A stretch of 64,000 nucleotides of DNA, from contig CATNEN010000038.1 of NCBI GenBank assembly GCA_950097015.1, positions 5,518,001 through 5,582,000 of the forward strand, given 5' to 3'. Source of the DNA: Macrostomum hystrix (lineage: Eukaryota > Animalia > Platyhelminthes). The notes beneath the pieces are model-generated. The model ran no database searches. It was not told where the DNA came from and worked only from the letters and a program-made list of their open reading frames with translations. Below, piece after piece: positions 25,101 through 38,511 of the stretch. Positions within the stretch are counted from its first letter, which is position 1. Each line of letters begins with the position of its first letter. Both the position numbers and the translations under genes were made by a program.

Positions 25101-28100
25101 TCGAGTACCAGTTCGAAATTAATGTGTTCCTCTGGTTTGAGCAATGAACTGACGATGCCACTGGAGAGCATGCGCCACCGAAGAGAACCACTTTGATGTG
25201 GTGATCACATGGATAGTCGGTGCTACTTAGCTGGATGCTGATGCTCAATGGCAGTACCCATTGCATTCGTAAAAGCCCTGGTTCTTGCTGAATATTTTCT
25301 ATTAATAAGCTGCACTGGGGCGTGCTAATTGCTTTATATAGATTGTCCCCAATGCTCCTGTGACTCAAGAGGTAGGGATTTCTATTATTTGACCGAACCG
25401 TTACGTTGTATGTTGCGTTGCACACTGAAATTAAGCACGTGTGGTTCGAATTTACGAAATAAAAATGCGCGGCTAAAAATTGACATCCCATTGGACACTA
25501 AAATCTCACTAACCAATAGAAGGCACTGGCACAATAGGTTTTATTGCCAGCACAAATCCAAGTCGAGAGTTTGAATTGTCCGCGCTGAAATATCGGACTG
25601 TAAGAACATTTTTAGAGGAGTTATACACTTGTCTCGCCGAACTTGCCAGTTGAATAGCCAAATCCGACAAGTTGGTTCTCTGCGAAATGTTGGCAATCAA
25701 GCGGTCTGAGAGCGCTCCATCGAATAGCTGCACCGCTGCCTGGCCGACCTCAAGGTCCATGTAGACGATTGACACGGAAAAAATGCTTTCTAATGGAGTT
25801 AGAAATCTCCAGCAGAAAGTCACGTTGCTGGGGTAAGGGCTGCCGTCGCCAAACCTTTCGTGACTGGTAATGATCACCGGACGTAACGTGTCGTCTGTCT
25901 CTGGGTACATTGTGATCGACACAAGGTCTGTTCCAAATTTAGGTGCAGGAGTTCATTACAATCAGATCGAACGAAAAAATTAGGACTTCAGGTCTCAGTT
26001 TTCTTACTTTTCATACCTTCTAATGTGGTAAACGGAGAAATTTTTTTTATAACATGAGCACTTTGACTAAAGGTTATTCCAACGGAAAAGCCAGCGAACA
26101 CCTGGTTTGAATCGGAAACAAAACGCAACTTCAGAGCAGGTACGAGGTTCTTCGTACAATAGCTCACAGATGACATGCGTGACATGTAAGACCGCATTGC
26201 CAACGAGGCCATAAGTCTGCTATTGTCGTCATAGATGTACAGCCTGTCACAACACGGCTGAGTGTCGACAAGCAGAATCTGGGAGCAGATTTCTCTGCCA
26301 ATCGGTGCCCTGACTGTTATGTCGCAGCGCATATTGTTGGCGTAGGTGCTACCGTTTCCAAAGCCCGGATGGCTTACTAATGCAAGTTGTAAAGAACTGC
26401 TCAAATAGTCAAATTTTTTGGCTGCGCCATCGCTTTCGGTAATTTCTTTGCCATTCGAGTTAGTGCAGTCTAAAAGGCGGTCAATGGTTCACTGCTGCTT
26501 GCTCGAGGTGGTAAACAATTTTCATCAGGGCAAAAACTTACCAAAACTTAAATTTCGGTCAGTGGCAGTAAAGATAGCTTGGAAGCCTTCTCCTGTCACT
26601 GCTGATGTCGGCGTTGAGTAAGTCATCCTAATCGCATGATTAATTGAGTTGATGGTCTTCGGAGAAGACCGTAAAAAGTCTCTTTCATGAGGACTGGGAC
26701 TATCAATCCAGATGCGAGAACCGACAACGGTATCTCGCACTTCGATGGTCGAGAGGTCAGATATACCCTTTGTGTTTGTGTCTTGCGCTATCTGCTGCAC
26801 TGTTACAGATATAATAGACCCAAAACTCACACGAAAGTCGAGGATACAGTTCAGGCCCGACGGGGGCCAGCTGGAGTCGCCGAATGCTGTATGGCTGAGA
26901 AACACGACAGGCTGGTTGGGACTCAAGACCATAGTTTGACTTTCAGAGGAGCATGCTAGAATGTTTTTGAATTAGGCTTTATTAGCCCGCAGCGAGGGCT
27001 TGAAACACACACCATTATTATAGTGATATCGATTCTCTTGCAAATCTCTAGCTACCTTAAGGCTTGTTCTAATGACATTGCCGAAAATTATTTTTACGGA
27101 AATAGTTGGCCAATGGTCAATGGTCATTGTGAGTCAAACTCAAAGTCTGAGTTTAAAGTTTAAACTATCACGATTAGCCGCCTTTGTATTTGCACTGTCA
27201 CTTGTTAAACAAGCCCACTATCGAACTATACTATTGCGAACTAGGCGAACTATCCCCAAGTTACATATTTTCTTATACATGAATGGTTTCCCCTCAATTT
27301 AGCAAATTTACTGTCCCCGCAGCCCGGGTATTCAAAAACAGTGCATTTCCAATAATCCTCTCGCCGCTACATCAACAGCCCTACAAAAGCTTCAGTGCTT
27401 CACCGTCTATTGTTAACTAGCATTTATCCATAATAATAATAATAATAATAATTGCTGGAGGGCTGCGGCAATGGCACATCATTCAGTGACACTAGACCCG
27501 CAGCCAGTGAGGAGGCAATTCGGCCCATTTCGCTGACTCCTGAGCACACACGCACACAGATACCGTACGCAGGCACACGCTCACACATGTGTGTACATCT
27601 GCCCTGACTTTCTCATCGTCAGGCAGTGTACACTTCACTGTGCCTTGGAGGTTGGCCCTCAAGGGCGTAAATTGCACGACAAGCCCCCAAGCCTTCTCTC
27701 CGCGGCTGCGCCCGAAATAAATGTGGCCTCGCCGTGGAATCGAACTTAGGGACCGTGGTGCGAGAGGCAAACGCGTTAACCGCTCTGCCACCGACCCCCT
27801 AGCATTTATCCATATGTACTACGCTATATTAGACCAAAGCGCCAGTTAAATATGTATCTAAGGCTTCTCTTTTTGACTTTGGGAAATGTTTCCTACAAGC
27901 GCATTAGTGCGAGTGACACCCGATAGAACAGTTTGAGGATGCCAATCGCAGCTTTACTCACAATGTGTTTGAAATCTTCTGGTAATTTGAAATAAAAACT
28001 CGATATTAAAAGCTTGCGTGACGATCTGAATGCTCATGTAGTTTTTTGTTGCATTGAACACGGTCAAGCTGTACTCCTGACTGGTCGAAGGTCTCCAGCT

Positions 28101-31100
28101 GAAGTTTCCCAGAGAGCCGCCCGCATCGTCCATGAACCAAGAGTCGAAACTGGACAAGCTGGGAATGTAGACCAGAGTTACGGAGATTGAAGTTCCAACT
28201 GGGGCCTGGGCAACTATCTTTACTGAAAGCGGGCCGGCCGGAGCGAAGACTAAACCTGTCGAATAAATCGACCTGATGCTCGTCAAACGAAAACCGGGTG
28301 TGTCTTCCTTCAACTGCACTGTGCACGTTGCCGTGTTGGCGAATTGGCAGTCTGGCAGTGGTGGTTGCGGTGTAACTGAATAATTCCATTCTAATAGGTC
28401 CTAATAGGCAACTTGTCCAAAGAAACCTGCCAACCCTCTGACTCGGAAACCACACGCTACTCCTAGTGGAGCTGCGAGACTTAAAATCTCATAAGAAAAC
28501 GAAACATGCGCAAAGTGCAGAAAAATGCGGAAGAGGAAAATATTTACATTTTAAATATAGGTAAACACTGTATAGTCCCGCTAAAAGATAAATGTATTGC
28601 AGAAATTACATACATGGTCCAGAACTTTGAAAATCTTACAGCCTGAGACAAAGCATAGAGAATCAATAGTAGGACATGCAATGTGGCATAGAGATGACAC
28701 AGAGAAGACAGCAACTGCCCTGAAATCAAAGTTACATTGCGAGTGAGTGCATTTGCACTGCCTCAAAGAATTCTCCCCTTTAACTTAAATTTTTTTTGTT
28801 GCATCTAATTAACTTACTGTTCGTTCGTGTTCTTCAAAATTATATAAAAAATTAGCATCCCATAAGCGTTCACATGAAAAATATTGTCCGGTTTTTTCCA
28901 GAAAGTGTCTAATGGAACGCCAAGTATGGAACAAGTTACGAGCTGTCTTGTAGCTGTAAACTTTATTATACTTAAGCCAAGGACACTAAAGTTGCACAAC
29001 TACTCAAGTCCTTATACTCCAAATTCTCTAGTTTATGAAAGTTATGAAACATATGAAGTCTTATTTTATTGACAAGTTGATCGCACGCAAAACCGAAACT
29101 TCGTGATAAGGCTACTTACCTAAGGCTGCGACAAAATCTGGGAGAGAAGCCACGACACCGACTTGAAAGCCTGCTTGCCTTCCATTCAATTGCTTTTGAC
29201 TTGCAAAAAACGCAATCGTCAGTGACTGACTCTGCGAAACGAATTTCTCTGGAACCCAGCCCAAAGAGCCGTTCGATTGGAGCCGGACGCTCAATGCCGG
29301 TTGATTTGGATTCTCGAACAGCTCAAAGAAGTCTTCGAATTGTATAAGTTGAATTCCAAGAAGCCGTAGCTGCACCAAATACCCGAACGGGGCGGTGAAA
29401 GTCCAGCGACAGTAGAAAGGATTTTCAGCAGTGTAGTAGGGCGCGTTTGCAAGGTAGTTGACGCTACTAACGAACAAGAACTCCGCACCATTCGATGAGT
29501 AATATGGATGCGGCAATGCGTAGGAGTTCACCCCCGCATTGCAAACTGCAATAAACAAGAGAATTCGGGTCTGCATGCGATTTAGTGAGATCGTGAGCTT
29601 AGTTTGTCAAATACGGGACAGTCCATACCACCCAGAGACGTCGGTGTCAATGTGTAGAACTTGAACAGAAAGCCGCGAGATGCAGCGAGACCGCTCGTGG
29701 CGAATTCGATCCGTGCTTGATTGCCGCTGGACCGCCAACTCCTCCGCCTCGCTGCCTCTGGGGACTCGCGCGGTAACGCGAGATCAACAGTCGCTGAGCC
29801 GTCGCCTATCTTCAGCAGATCGCTGTCCGGGTCGAGGTTTAAGTATAAAAACTCGAATTCAATATTCAATCCCTTGAATGTCTGGATGGAAAGACTGCAG
29901 TTGATGGCCTCAGTGAGCTGGATTCCTCCAATGCCAGTAGGGCTAAGTAACACGCTTTGTGTGTAGATAAATACTGACTGCTCACCGCTGCATACTGAAA
30001 TAATAATTTAGTTTCTAAAGTTACGAATATTTACAGAATTATAGAACTAGAACACTCTAGAAACTGACCATCTTGCTACTTCAACACATCATTTTTACTT
30101 ATAATTTTGAAATAACCAATTTTAACCTCAAGCTAAAGTATTTTGTTAGGAAACACCATTTGGATTTTCCTAGCCATGTCGTGACTCGTACGCCGTTTCG
30201 CTAAAATATCAATAAGAGCTACAATCGCCCAAGCCTTTCTGATCACTCAGTATAGTCAGTGATTGACTTACTGAGAGCCATGACAGAATTTCTTATCTTC
30301 AAAAGTGTTTATCGCTGCTTACGTTTAGTCATGCAGTCATTACCTTTTCAAAGCAGAAAATGCTATATGCGATCGTAAATATTGAAAGTTGAATGTCCCA
30401 GACCCTTGAAACCATATTCCGTCACAAACGGCAGAGGCAAAAATAGCAGCTAGCTATTAAATAACTTCAGCCAAAACGCTCTCTAGATAATCAATACGAA
30501 GCAAAAAGCAGATCCTCACTCACCTGTCCAATTGACAATGTCATGAACAAAGTAGTTCAATGCAAACTTTGCGCGGCTCGGAATCGATGTACTGGAGAAT
30601 CTGACTGTCAGCGAGTTCGCCTTCGAAGTGAAAAGCAGGCTTGAAGCGTTAATTAAGCCAGGTAAAACTACAGTGGAGGCGTTCATATCGCCCTCAGTTA
30701 CTAGCAATCGATCGCAACAAGATTGCAAGTCTACGCTGCTGAACCAGATCGAGACTCTTCGGCCTTCTATAGCTGTGATTCGCCAGGTGCAGTTAATTCT
30801 GACGCTCAGAAATGGAGTGCCATCTGTGAAGCCGTAGTGACTGAGAATAACTCCCCTGGTTGCGACTGACAAAATCCGGTATGTTTGCGCTCCATCGCAG
30901 TCTGGATTATAAAAAAACAAGCAAAAAGTTTTTTATTAGATTAGTCATTTAAAGGTCCAAAACGATTGTGACAGTGTAGATACGTTTTTGTTTTATAAAA
31001 ATTATTCATAAAAATTTAAAAGTAAAAAATACGCAAAATATATATATAATTTGTTTTACTTGTTACCGTATCAATAGTAGTATAGTATGAATGTCTTTTG

Positions 31101-34100
31101 TTTTAAATATCTACCGTATGAATATTATTCTGTAAAAATCAAAGATGTGAACAAATGCTAATTTTCCTGTGTATATATAGCCACAGTTTGCAGAGGGAAA
31201 AATAGACTCGCACGTTCTCCTTTTTCGTGGCATCCACGACAAAAGCGCTTGCATTCAGTTTTAAGAAATCAGAAGTCAGAAGTGGGTTCAAGATATAAAA
31301 AAGTGCCTTGTGAAAGAAGTATACTCGTACTTTGTTATTCATTTTAAGAGAGGAGAATATAGAGAAACATACTCAGAATCATACAAGAAACATTCTAACA
31401 AACACACTAAGAACTATACTAAGAACTGTACTAAGAACTATACTAAGAACTGTACTAAGAACTGTACTAAGAACTGTACTAAGAACTGTACTAAGAACTG
31501 TACTAAGAACTCTACTAAGAACTGTACTAAGAACTGTACTAAGAACTGTACTAAGAACTGTACTAAGAACTATACTAAGAACTGTACTAAGAACTGTACT
31601 AAGAATTATACTCAGATTTATACCAAGAATATTACTAAAAGGGAACTGCCAAACTCTAATCTCGGGGACGCCTAATTGACTGGAAATGCATACACAGTTG
31701 CCTAATTTACCGCTCGTGCAATACAGACGCTACCAGATTGAAGATTAAAGGGCTCATTTAAGGACCGCCAATTAAAAAAACATTTACTAAATTGAGAAAA
31801 CAGCAGTGGGATTGTTAAGCTCTCAAGGTAATTAGGCCTACAACAACTTTGGTGTCAGCAATAGGATAACAGTCAACTCTAGCCCTACAACACTATTTAA
31901 TTTAACAGCTCATTAAAAAACAATTATAAAAACGGTTGAAGAGAGTCCTGTAAGACTTCATGCAACTTTGCTTTCATTCTCGTCAAAAAGACCAGCAAAA
32001 GCCACCAATGTCCATGCAGATTCACAAGCAGCAAATTAACTAATAAGTTTAATGACAATATATCTGTACTTAGTGGTAATGAACTTAGAAGTAACGCAAT
32101 TAATTACTGATCAATAAAATATTAGACCAATAAAAGAAGTTGGCATACCAAAATTTGTGTTGCTAGAAATAGCTCGATAGGATAGTCGAAATCCAGTTCC
32201 ACGGCAGTATGCGCAACCGCTTCGAAAAATAATTTGCATCGAGTTTGCAGACGACCGGATGTTTTGTACTGCGTCAGGAACAGATCCCGTGGACGATGAT
32301 ATCTTCGCCAGAAGGGTGTCACCGTCCAGAAGAGTCAGATTGTCCATTCTGAATACATCGACGTAGCTTAGGTTTAATTCTACTCTGAGTCCAAAGTGAG
32401 CTTCTATTTTGAAGCTGCAAAACGCGTAAGCATCATAATAACTGTCACTCATTCCAAACTCGGAGTGACTGACGAGCGTCTTTCGGTTATCGCTAACGTC
32501 AGCTCGAACGCTCATGTAACCGTTGCAAACTGCAAAAACATCATTCTCATACGTCAATGTTGCAAACTATCTTTGAAACTAATGAAATATGTTATCTCAA
32601 TAGATAATGTTAATGTATATGATAGTGTTATATACTCGTACATTAACATGTTATATTCCGATTCGTGCTAACTACTTGAGTAATCACAAACAGGTCCTGA
32701 ATTTTAAGAATCCTACACCCGAGGACAAAGCAATCTTCTTGATGGCGAAAGACAGTACAGAAGTAACGGAAACACTTGCAAGGTAAATTGTTGAGATGTC
32801 AGAGAGAAGACAGCAACTGTCCTGAGTTAAATGCGCTACCTAAACAGTTATTAGTTTTTTTATTATTTTTATTTTAGCATACAAATAGCTTTGTTATTGT
32901 TAGTTATAACAACACCGTTAATCACTCTTCTCATCCTCGAACGTTACGTTACTTTCTTTTGTGCTTTTTCTTTTCCATATGATAAAGTAAGCTAAAATAA
33001 AGTCTTAAAGAAGCACTTTTTTGTCGTGCGCAGCTAGTACTCGTAGTAATATTACTCTAGTTATTTAACCATCATCGACGAGTTGTACCAATGTACGAGT
33101 TAGAAGTGCAAGAAAATAATGTAGCAAAATATTAAGAAATATTCTTCTATAGTACTATTATTAATATCCTATATTGAAAGAATTTTTACCTTTACGGGCC
33201 GCTCACTTACCAATTGGTGGCTCGACTTCGCAGTTGAGCTGGTACTGAAGAACAAAGCCGGTCAGAGTATCAAAACCGTCTGTGACAAAGCGGACAATCA
33301 GAGCATTGCCAGTTGAAGTGAATACTCGTTCCCGGACGGTGTCAAAGTCCATTCTCCACGCGGACACGGATGCAATCAGATTTCCGGAGCCCTCAAGAAT
33401 CTCGACCCTGTCGCAGCAGGCTTGTAGGTCCATGTAGCTGAACCAGACAGATATATTGAACTGAGGCGATCCTGTAAGGATCCACTCGCATTCGACGTTG
33501 TTGTCGTAGGGTAAGCCCTCTCTGAATCCACTGTGACTCACCAAAAAACCTGAGGCTTTGCTCGGCGTGATTATCAACGTTTTCGATCCGTTGCAGGCTG
33601 TAAAAAAGTGAACAAGGGAAAGTGAATAAGTTGTAGAAAAAGTGAAGCCTGTAGAAACTAAATGCAATTTTATTTTGCGCTGGCCTGCAGGTAGACAAGA
33701 GTGCGTAAGGTTCAAGCTGTTGACCAGACGATAACGCGGAGGGTAGAGAGACATAGACTTTGAGAGGGGCGACGTGGCGACCAATCAGAATGCAGCGACG
33801 GAGAAAGAGTGAGCTAGAAGGCAGAGAGGAGAGAGAACTAGATAGAACTGGAATGAAGTGACGTAAACAAAAGAGAAGTACAAGATGGACTGGGGGTAAA
33901 TTGAGGGCAGAAAAAGAGACGAAAGTCGCCACAGAGATATTGCAATTGGCAGTAGAATTACGAGAACATATTGTAGAACATCTCGTAGAGCATCTTGAAG
34001 ATATTTGAAGATATTTAGATCGTAAAACTTGCAGCGTCAACATGTACTTCCGTTAATAAAATGAAATTTTAGGGTCCCTTAATTACTCACTATTTAAGAG

Positions 34101-36655
34101 AGAGAGAGCCGGGGAGCCGGGGAGAGAGAGAAATGACGGTGCAAAGGCGCGATAATGTATCGAAAAGCCCAGGTTTGCTATTCTTTCATTAGAGACAAAC
34201 TGCAAAGTTGCCGTGCTTCCTTCCGATTGGTAAATTAAAGGCAAAAATGTTTCTAAGTGACGCTGTATAGAAATCCTTTCGGATTTATTGTTGCGACCAT
34301 TGTAGAAATATAGAACGTCGTGTTCTGGCTCAAGGTCTAAGAAATGGATTGAGATTTCGATTTTGCTTCCAGCCGAGGTGCTCAGAGTCCAGCTGCAGTT
34401 CGTGTTGTGTGGATATACACTGTTGAGCTGACCAAAGCTCGCGTGACTGACCAAGCGTCTTGTGTACATCTCATGCAGGTCCGCTGTAAAATTTTGGTGT
34501 CCATCGCAAACTGAAATTTTTTATTAACTGTATTTAATATCATAATATTAAATATAATAAAATATCATAATGATAATAAGAGTTGTATAAAACGTAGCTG
34601 ATAGTGTCAATACGTACCGCTTACTGCAACATCAGCAATTAAAGAAAGGTGAAGAGAGAATCCGGTGAACGCCACTGACGCATCGGAGACAAAGCGAACC
34701 GTAAGCACGCTGGTTGTAGAGTTGAACACTACCTGGCTGAGTGCTAAGAAATCGTTCAGCCTCAAGGAAACTTTTCTGTCCAGGCCCCCAGAACTGTCCT
34801 TGAGCTGAGCAAAATCACAACAGCTCTGCAAATCCAAATACTCGAAGCGAGCGGAAACTTTTGACTGGGGCGGTGCAGTGATGGTCAAGCTGCAGTTTAG
34901 TCCGTTGGGGTGCAGAGTGCCGGTGCTAAAGCCGGCATGGCTCAGCAGTCTGACTCGTGGCTGTTCAAAAGTCAGGCCGATCAGAAGGCGGCCGGCACTG
35001 CAAACTGGAAACCGATGGCAGAATCCAACTGACTAAACTGTCTCACTTGCTCAACTGTGTCTCACTAGCTCAACTGTGTCTCACTAGCTCAACTGTGTCT
35101 CACTAGCTCAACTGTGTCTCACTAGCTCAACTGTGTCTCACTAGCTCAACTGTGTCTCACTAGCTCAACTGTGTCTCACTAGCTCAACTGTGTCTCACTA
35201 GCTCAACTGTGTCTCACTAGCTCAACTGTGTCTCACTAGCTCAACTGTGTCTCACTAGCTCAACTGTGTCTCACTAGCTCAACTGTGTCTCACTAGCTCA
35301 ACTGTGTCTCACTAGCTCAACTGTGTCTCACTAGCTCAACTGTGTCTCACTAGCTCAACTGTGTCTCACTAGCTCAACTGTGTCTCACTAGCTCAACTTA
35401 ATAGACACAGTTTTGTACTAAACATTGTCAGATAGCAGGGGACGAATTAAAAAGCTTTAACGTATTGTGAATTTTACAAATTTGATTACAGATACTCATA
35501 AATGAATATTGTAGTGAATGTCTTCTTTATCGATATGCACTGTGTCTGCAATGTTTTTATTTCTAGCTCAGCCGATTCGAGCATACTTACTATCACTGGT
35601 AAGTTTGTTAACAGCTCTGTAAAGCACTTTCCATCCATAACCAACGTCCTGAGTTCTCGCATCGTATACTAAGTTCAGTACGTTGGTAGTAGACACGATA
35701 TTTTGCATCTCAGACGTTGCGTTTCCAGTCCAGCGACCGGAGAGCGTTCTATGTAGCGAAGGGTCCGTCTCGGATTTGATATGACCTATTGTCAAGGTTG
35801 CCAGCTCGCGCTAAAATTAGTAGGTGTTACGCACAAGAAATTTACTGAATATCTTATAATTTAGGCTCTATTTAATTAAAGTTTCGCTGTGAATTTCACT
35901 AGCAGCATTACCTCAAAGTCTAGGTATTCGAAATCCAAAGTGATGAGGCTATCAGAAGTTGTGGTAAATATAATGTTACAGTACATGACATTGTTTTGAA
36001 CAACACCGGGAGAAAAATCAGGGTTGCTGAGGACTGCCTGAGGCTCCAAATAGTTGGTCACTTTGATCACAAAATCTCGTTTATAATTCTCACAACCTAA
36101 AATGTAAAATAAAATTCAAAGATAAACAAAAGAAAAACAACTATAGATGGGTGACTTGACATCTTGGTAGGCTAGCAATCAGGTTAGTGATACTTCTCAT
36201 TCAGCGTCCTATCATTAGCGGTGTGTTGACTGTTTACCATGGTTACACTAAATAGCACGGTAACCATGGCTGTGCCACCCGCGAACTTCCACCTGAGAAC
36301 AATGTGCTTTTTCATCCCTAGCAAGCCTGGCGCGTGCGCACCTGCTCAGGAACGTCTTGACGGACTGTTACGAGTATATGGCTGACTTGGAGGTGCTAGA
36401 TCTCAGCCCCTTGACCACCCTCCCGTCTGTTTCGCTAGCGCGTGAGCACAAGAGCTGACTAGCTTTTGCCTGAGTCTGTATATCTGGGAAGCCTAGGGTG
36501 GCTTTTACCTAATTTTAAACCGCTACAGGCCGCACCTCAGAAATTACAAAAGCGTCACATTTTAACACGCGATTAGCAGCGAATTCGGACTCACTTTGAT
36601 CCTGGCCAATCACTGGGCAGCAAAGACAGACTAACAAGGCTAAGAAAAAGATCAT
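16132..36655 (-). CDS. Predicted secreted multi-CUB protein A (signal peptide + 24 CUB, ~3,250 aa). Exons 36595-36655 (signal), 35912-36096 + 35591-35810 (CUB1), 34618-35004, 34091-34510, 33211-33597, 32149-32529, 30524-30901, 29629-29994, 29120-29545, 27962-28351, 26542-26955, 26017-26469, 25514-25927, 24990-25424, 24142-24516, 23582-23947, 23032-23409, 22353-22730, 21739-22113, 20541-21002, 19785-20237, 19310-19672, 18801-19268, 17117-17500, 16307-16699, terminal 16132-16169 (tentative)
   Basis: Signal peptide MIFFLALLVCLCCPVIG. Exons show the CUB pattern C...SH..F..Y.NN..C.W....P.G....F..DL..CCD.....DG...F.SD.....GF...Y/F. All 23 single-domain exons have lengths divisible by 3 with ag|NN TGY acceptors (mostly) and GT donors. 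The summed CDS is 9,750 nt, in frame. Confidence 0.85.
16765..16890 (-). mobile_element. SINE family 1, internally deleted copy
   Basis: Shares CACTAGACCCGCAGCCAG, AAGCCTTCTCTC.GCGGCTGCGCCC and ATGTGGCCTCGCCG with the full copy at 27433-27798. Confidence 0.75.
17770..18605 (+). repeat. 7-bp repeat (TCTAGCA / TCTAGAA)n in CUB-A intron
   Basis: Roughly 115-120 heptamers of two variants. Confidence 0.95.
21130..21593. mobile_element. MITE with ~23-bp terminal inverted repeats
   Basis: AGACCATGGCGGTATTTCAAATAC at 21130-21153 and GTATTTGAAATACCCCATGGTCT at 21571-21593; inverted relative at 46230-46710. Confidence 0.75.
24535..24650 (+). mobile_element. SINE family 1, degraded 5' fragment
   Basis: GGCCATATTCATTTGGGGCGCAGCCGCGGAGAGAA matches the SINE body. 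Confidence 0.6.
27433..27798 (-). mobile_element. tRNA-derived SINE family 1, full length, with target-site duplication
   Basis: Box A GTGGCAGAGCGG, box B AGTTCGATTCC, (ATT)n tail. CTAGCATTTATCCATA is duplicated at 27417-27432 and 27799-27814. Confidence 0.9.
31400..31640 (+). repeat. 12-bp repeat (ACTAAGAACTRT)n
   Basis: Tandem copies; explains the TKNC/TVLR ORFs. Confidence 0.9.
35040..35398 (+). repeat. 19-bp minisatellite (CTAGCTCAACTGTGTCTCA)n
   Basis: About 19 near-perfect copies. Confidence 0.93.
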
Positions 36656-36920
36656 TTTCTTAGCTAAGTTTCAGGCGGTTGCCAAACTGACTGCTTGTTT
36701 CACGAGGCGGTTGGGCAGAGATTGCGATTGAATGCTTCAAAATGGGGTATTTTTTTCTTCGAACAAAAAGCTTTTATAATGCGTTAAAACATGTGATGAT
36801 ATTATTAATCAGTTTTTCTCACTCGATCCTTATCCTGTTTGTCAAATTAAAATATTGAAACCTTTTCAGTTTCAATCACAGATAATACTCAAAGAGCGTG
36901 TGTAGTTAAAACCAATTGCA

Positions 36921-37072
36921 GCTTTGAAGAGCCAGTTTCAAGGGTTTTGTAATGAAACCTGCCTACCAGCGGAGCGCGCAGACTGGTCTTGGCTTTGAAG
37001 AGCCAGTTTCAAGGGTTTTGTAATGAAACCTGCCTGCCAGCGGAGCGCGCAGACTGGTCTTGGCTTTGAAGA
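36921..37072. repeat. 71-bp tandem duplication upstream of the CUB-A start codon
   Basis: GCTTTGAAGAG starts at 36921, 36992 and 37063; one mismatch between the two full copies. Confidence 0.85.
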
Positions 37073-37137
37073 GGCCTCAATATTTTCAAATTTTATCTCT
37101 CAATATTTTATTTCATTAGGCTAAAACGCATGCAGTG

Positions 37138-37620
37138 ACTTACGAGCGTATGTCGCACAGTCGTTGAAAATCCTGGTTACGTTTTAACAGTAGAGAGAAA
37201 ACAAGGGGGGTATTTCGCATTTTTATTTTTTAATTATCTCCTAAAATGTTCAACCAGTCGCCTTGAAAATGCAGAACACGAGCTAAAATTTACAGCTCTA
37301 TCCGATTAAAAAACTTACAGAATCACAAAACACCGGGGCATGGTCAAGATATTCAACGATTCTCGACCGGGGGTCTGGTGGCAAAATTTTTCTGCTCGCA
37401 AAGTTGCATCACGTTAGTTGTCCTTGCCATAAGAACAAGAATCGACAAGAATCGCAGAGTATCTTTATGATGCTGGCTCATACGGCTTTGAAAGCTAGTT
37501 TTGCTAGTTCGTAACGGGCAAAATGTAGATTCATATGGTTCTGCTCCTGGCAGGTCCATTCCAATGGAACCTAGACAGGAATAGCATATGAAATCAGGAA
37601 CGGCCCTATAAAAAACCTTC
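37138..37620. mobile_element. Diverged relative of the 21130-21593 MITE
   Basis: Shares CAGAATCACAAA, GTCTGGTGGCAAAA, TCGACAAGAATC and GTAA.GGGCA...CATATGG in the same order. Confidence 0.5.
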
Positions 37621-38511
37621 GAAAGTTATTTTTTCATTGCAAAATCTAAAAACCAATGAATTCCTAACTTCGCATTGATTTTTAATCAACCAAAAACTAG
37701 CATGTGTTTTTTAATACACGCGTAACACTGCTTCAGAAAAAAATGGTTATACATTTTTTATTTGACGCCGAAATCTTCCGTGAGAGTTGCCTCGGGAAAT
37801 AGGGACACAGAAATTCAGACAGAAAACTGTTGAAAATGAGGTAGTTGGACAAACGTACATTCTCTAGCGATTGTTGCTTGTTGCTATGCACTGTGACAAA
37901 ATAAAAAAGGCTTCGTTGACAGTAATGAGCTGAGGCAGGTCTCTACATAAACAAAAAATCACATTGTTAATTTTTATAATGGAGTATTTTAGCCAGGTGC
38001 TGATACACAACATAAAAGCTAGAATTTAAAACGAATTCGAAGCGAAACGAATACTAATATTTACAAAACTATTACTAAATTCTTGCAGCTTCAGTAAACT
38101 ACAACTATATACGATAGTTTTGCATTTGGTTTTGCATTGTATTGTTAAAAAGCAACTCAGAATAAAACAATGTAAGCAATAAGAAGCTCTTTTGTGGAAA
38201 TACGCATGCGCGTGAAACAGTTGGGCTTGCCGACCATCGCTTTGAAACTGTTTTATCAGACGCTCTTTTGTAGCGCTGCGAATCAAACTGGGAATCCTTG
38301 TCTCATTATCAAATCCCAAATAACCCATACTTCGCTATTGGTTGAAATCTGTAAATATTTTACCAACTTGTAGTATGTTCGCTGCTTATACGTAAAAAGG
38401 TAAGTCATTTCTTCAAGACAGTGCACCCAGATGCTCGATGGTTCTGAGTTGCCGATTCAAACGGAAGAAGCCGCTGAAGATCAGGTGAGCAGCGCATGAT
38501 CGGTTGCCAGA

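Noticed and set aside
27560-27640. Hammerhead-like CTGACGA-TGA-GAAA in the SINE body
   Set aside because: No room for stem II and no UH cleavage triplet after a stem III; it reads better as a plain hairpin.
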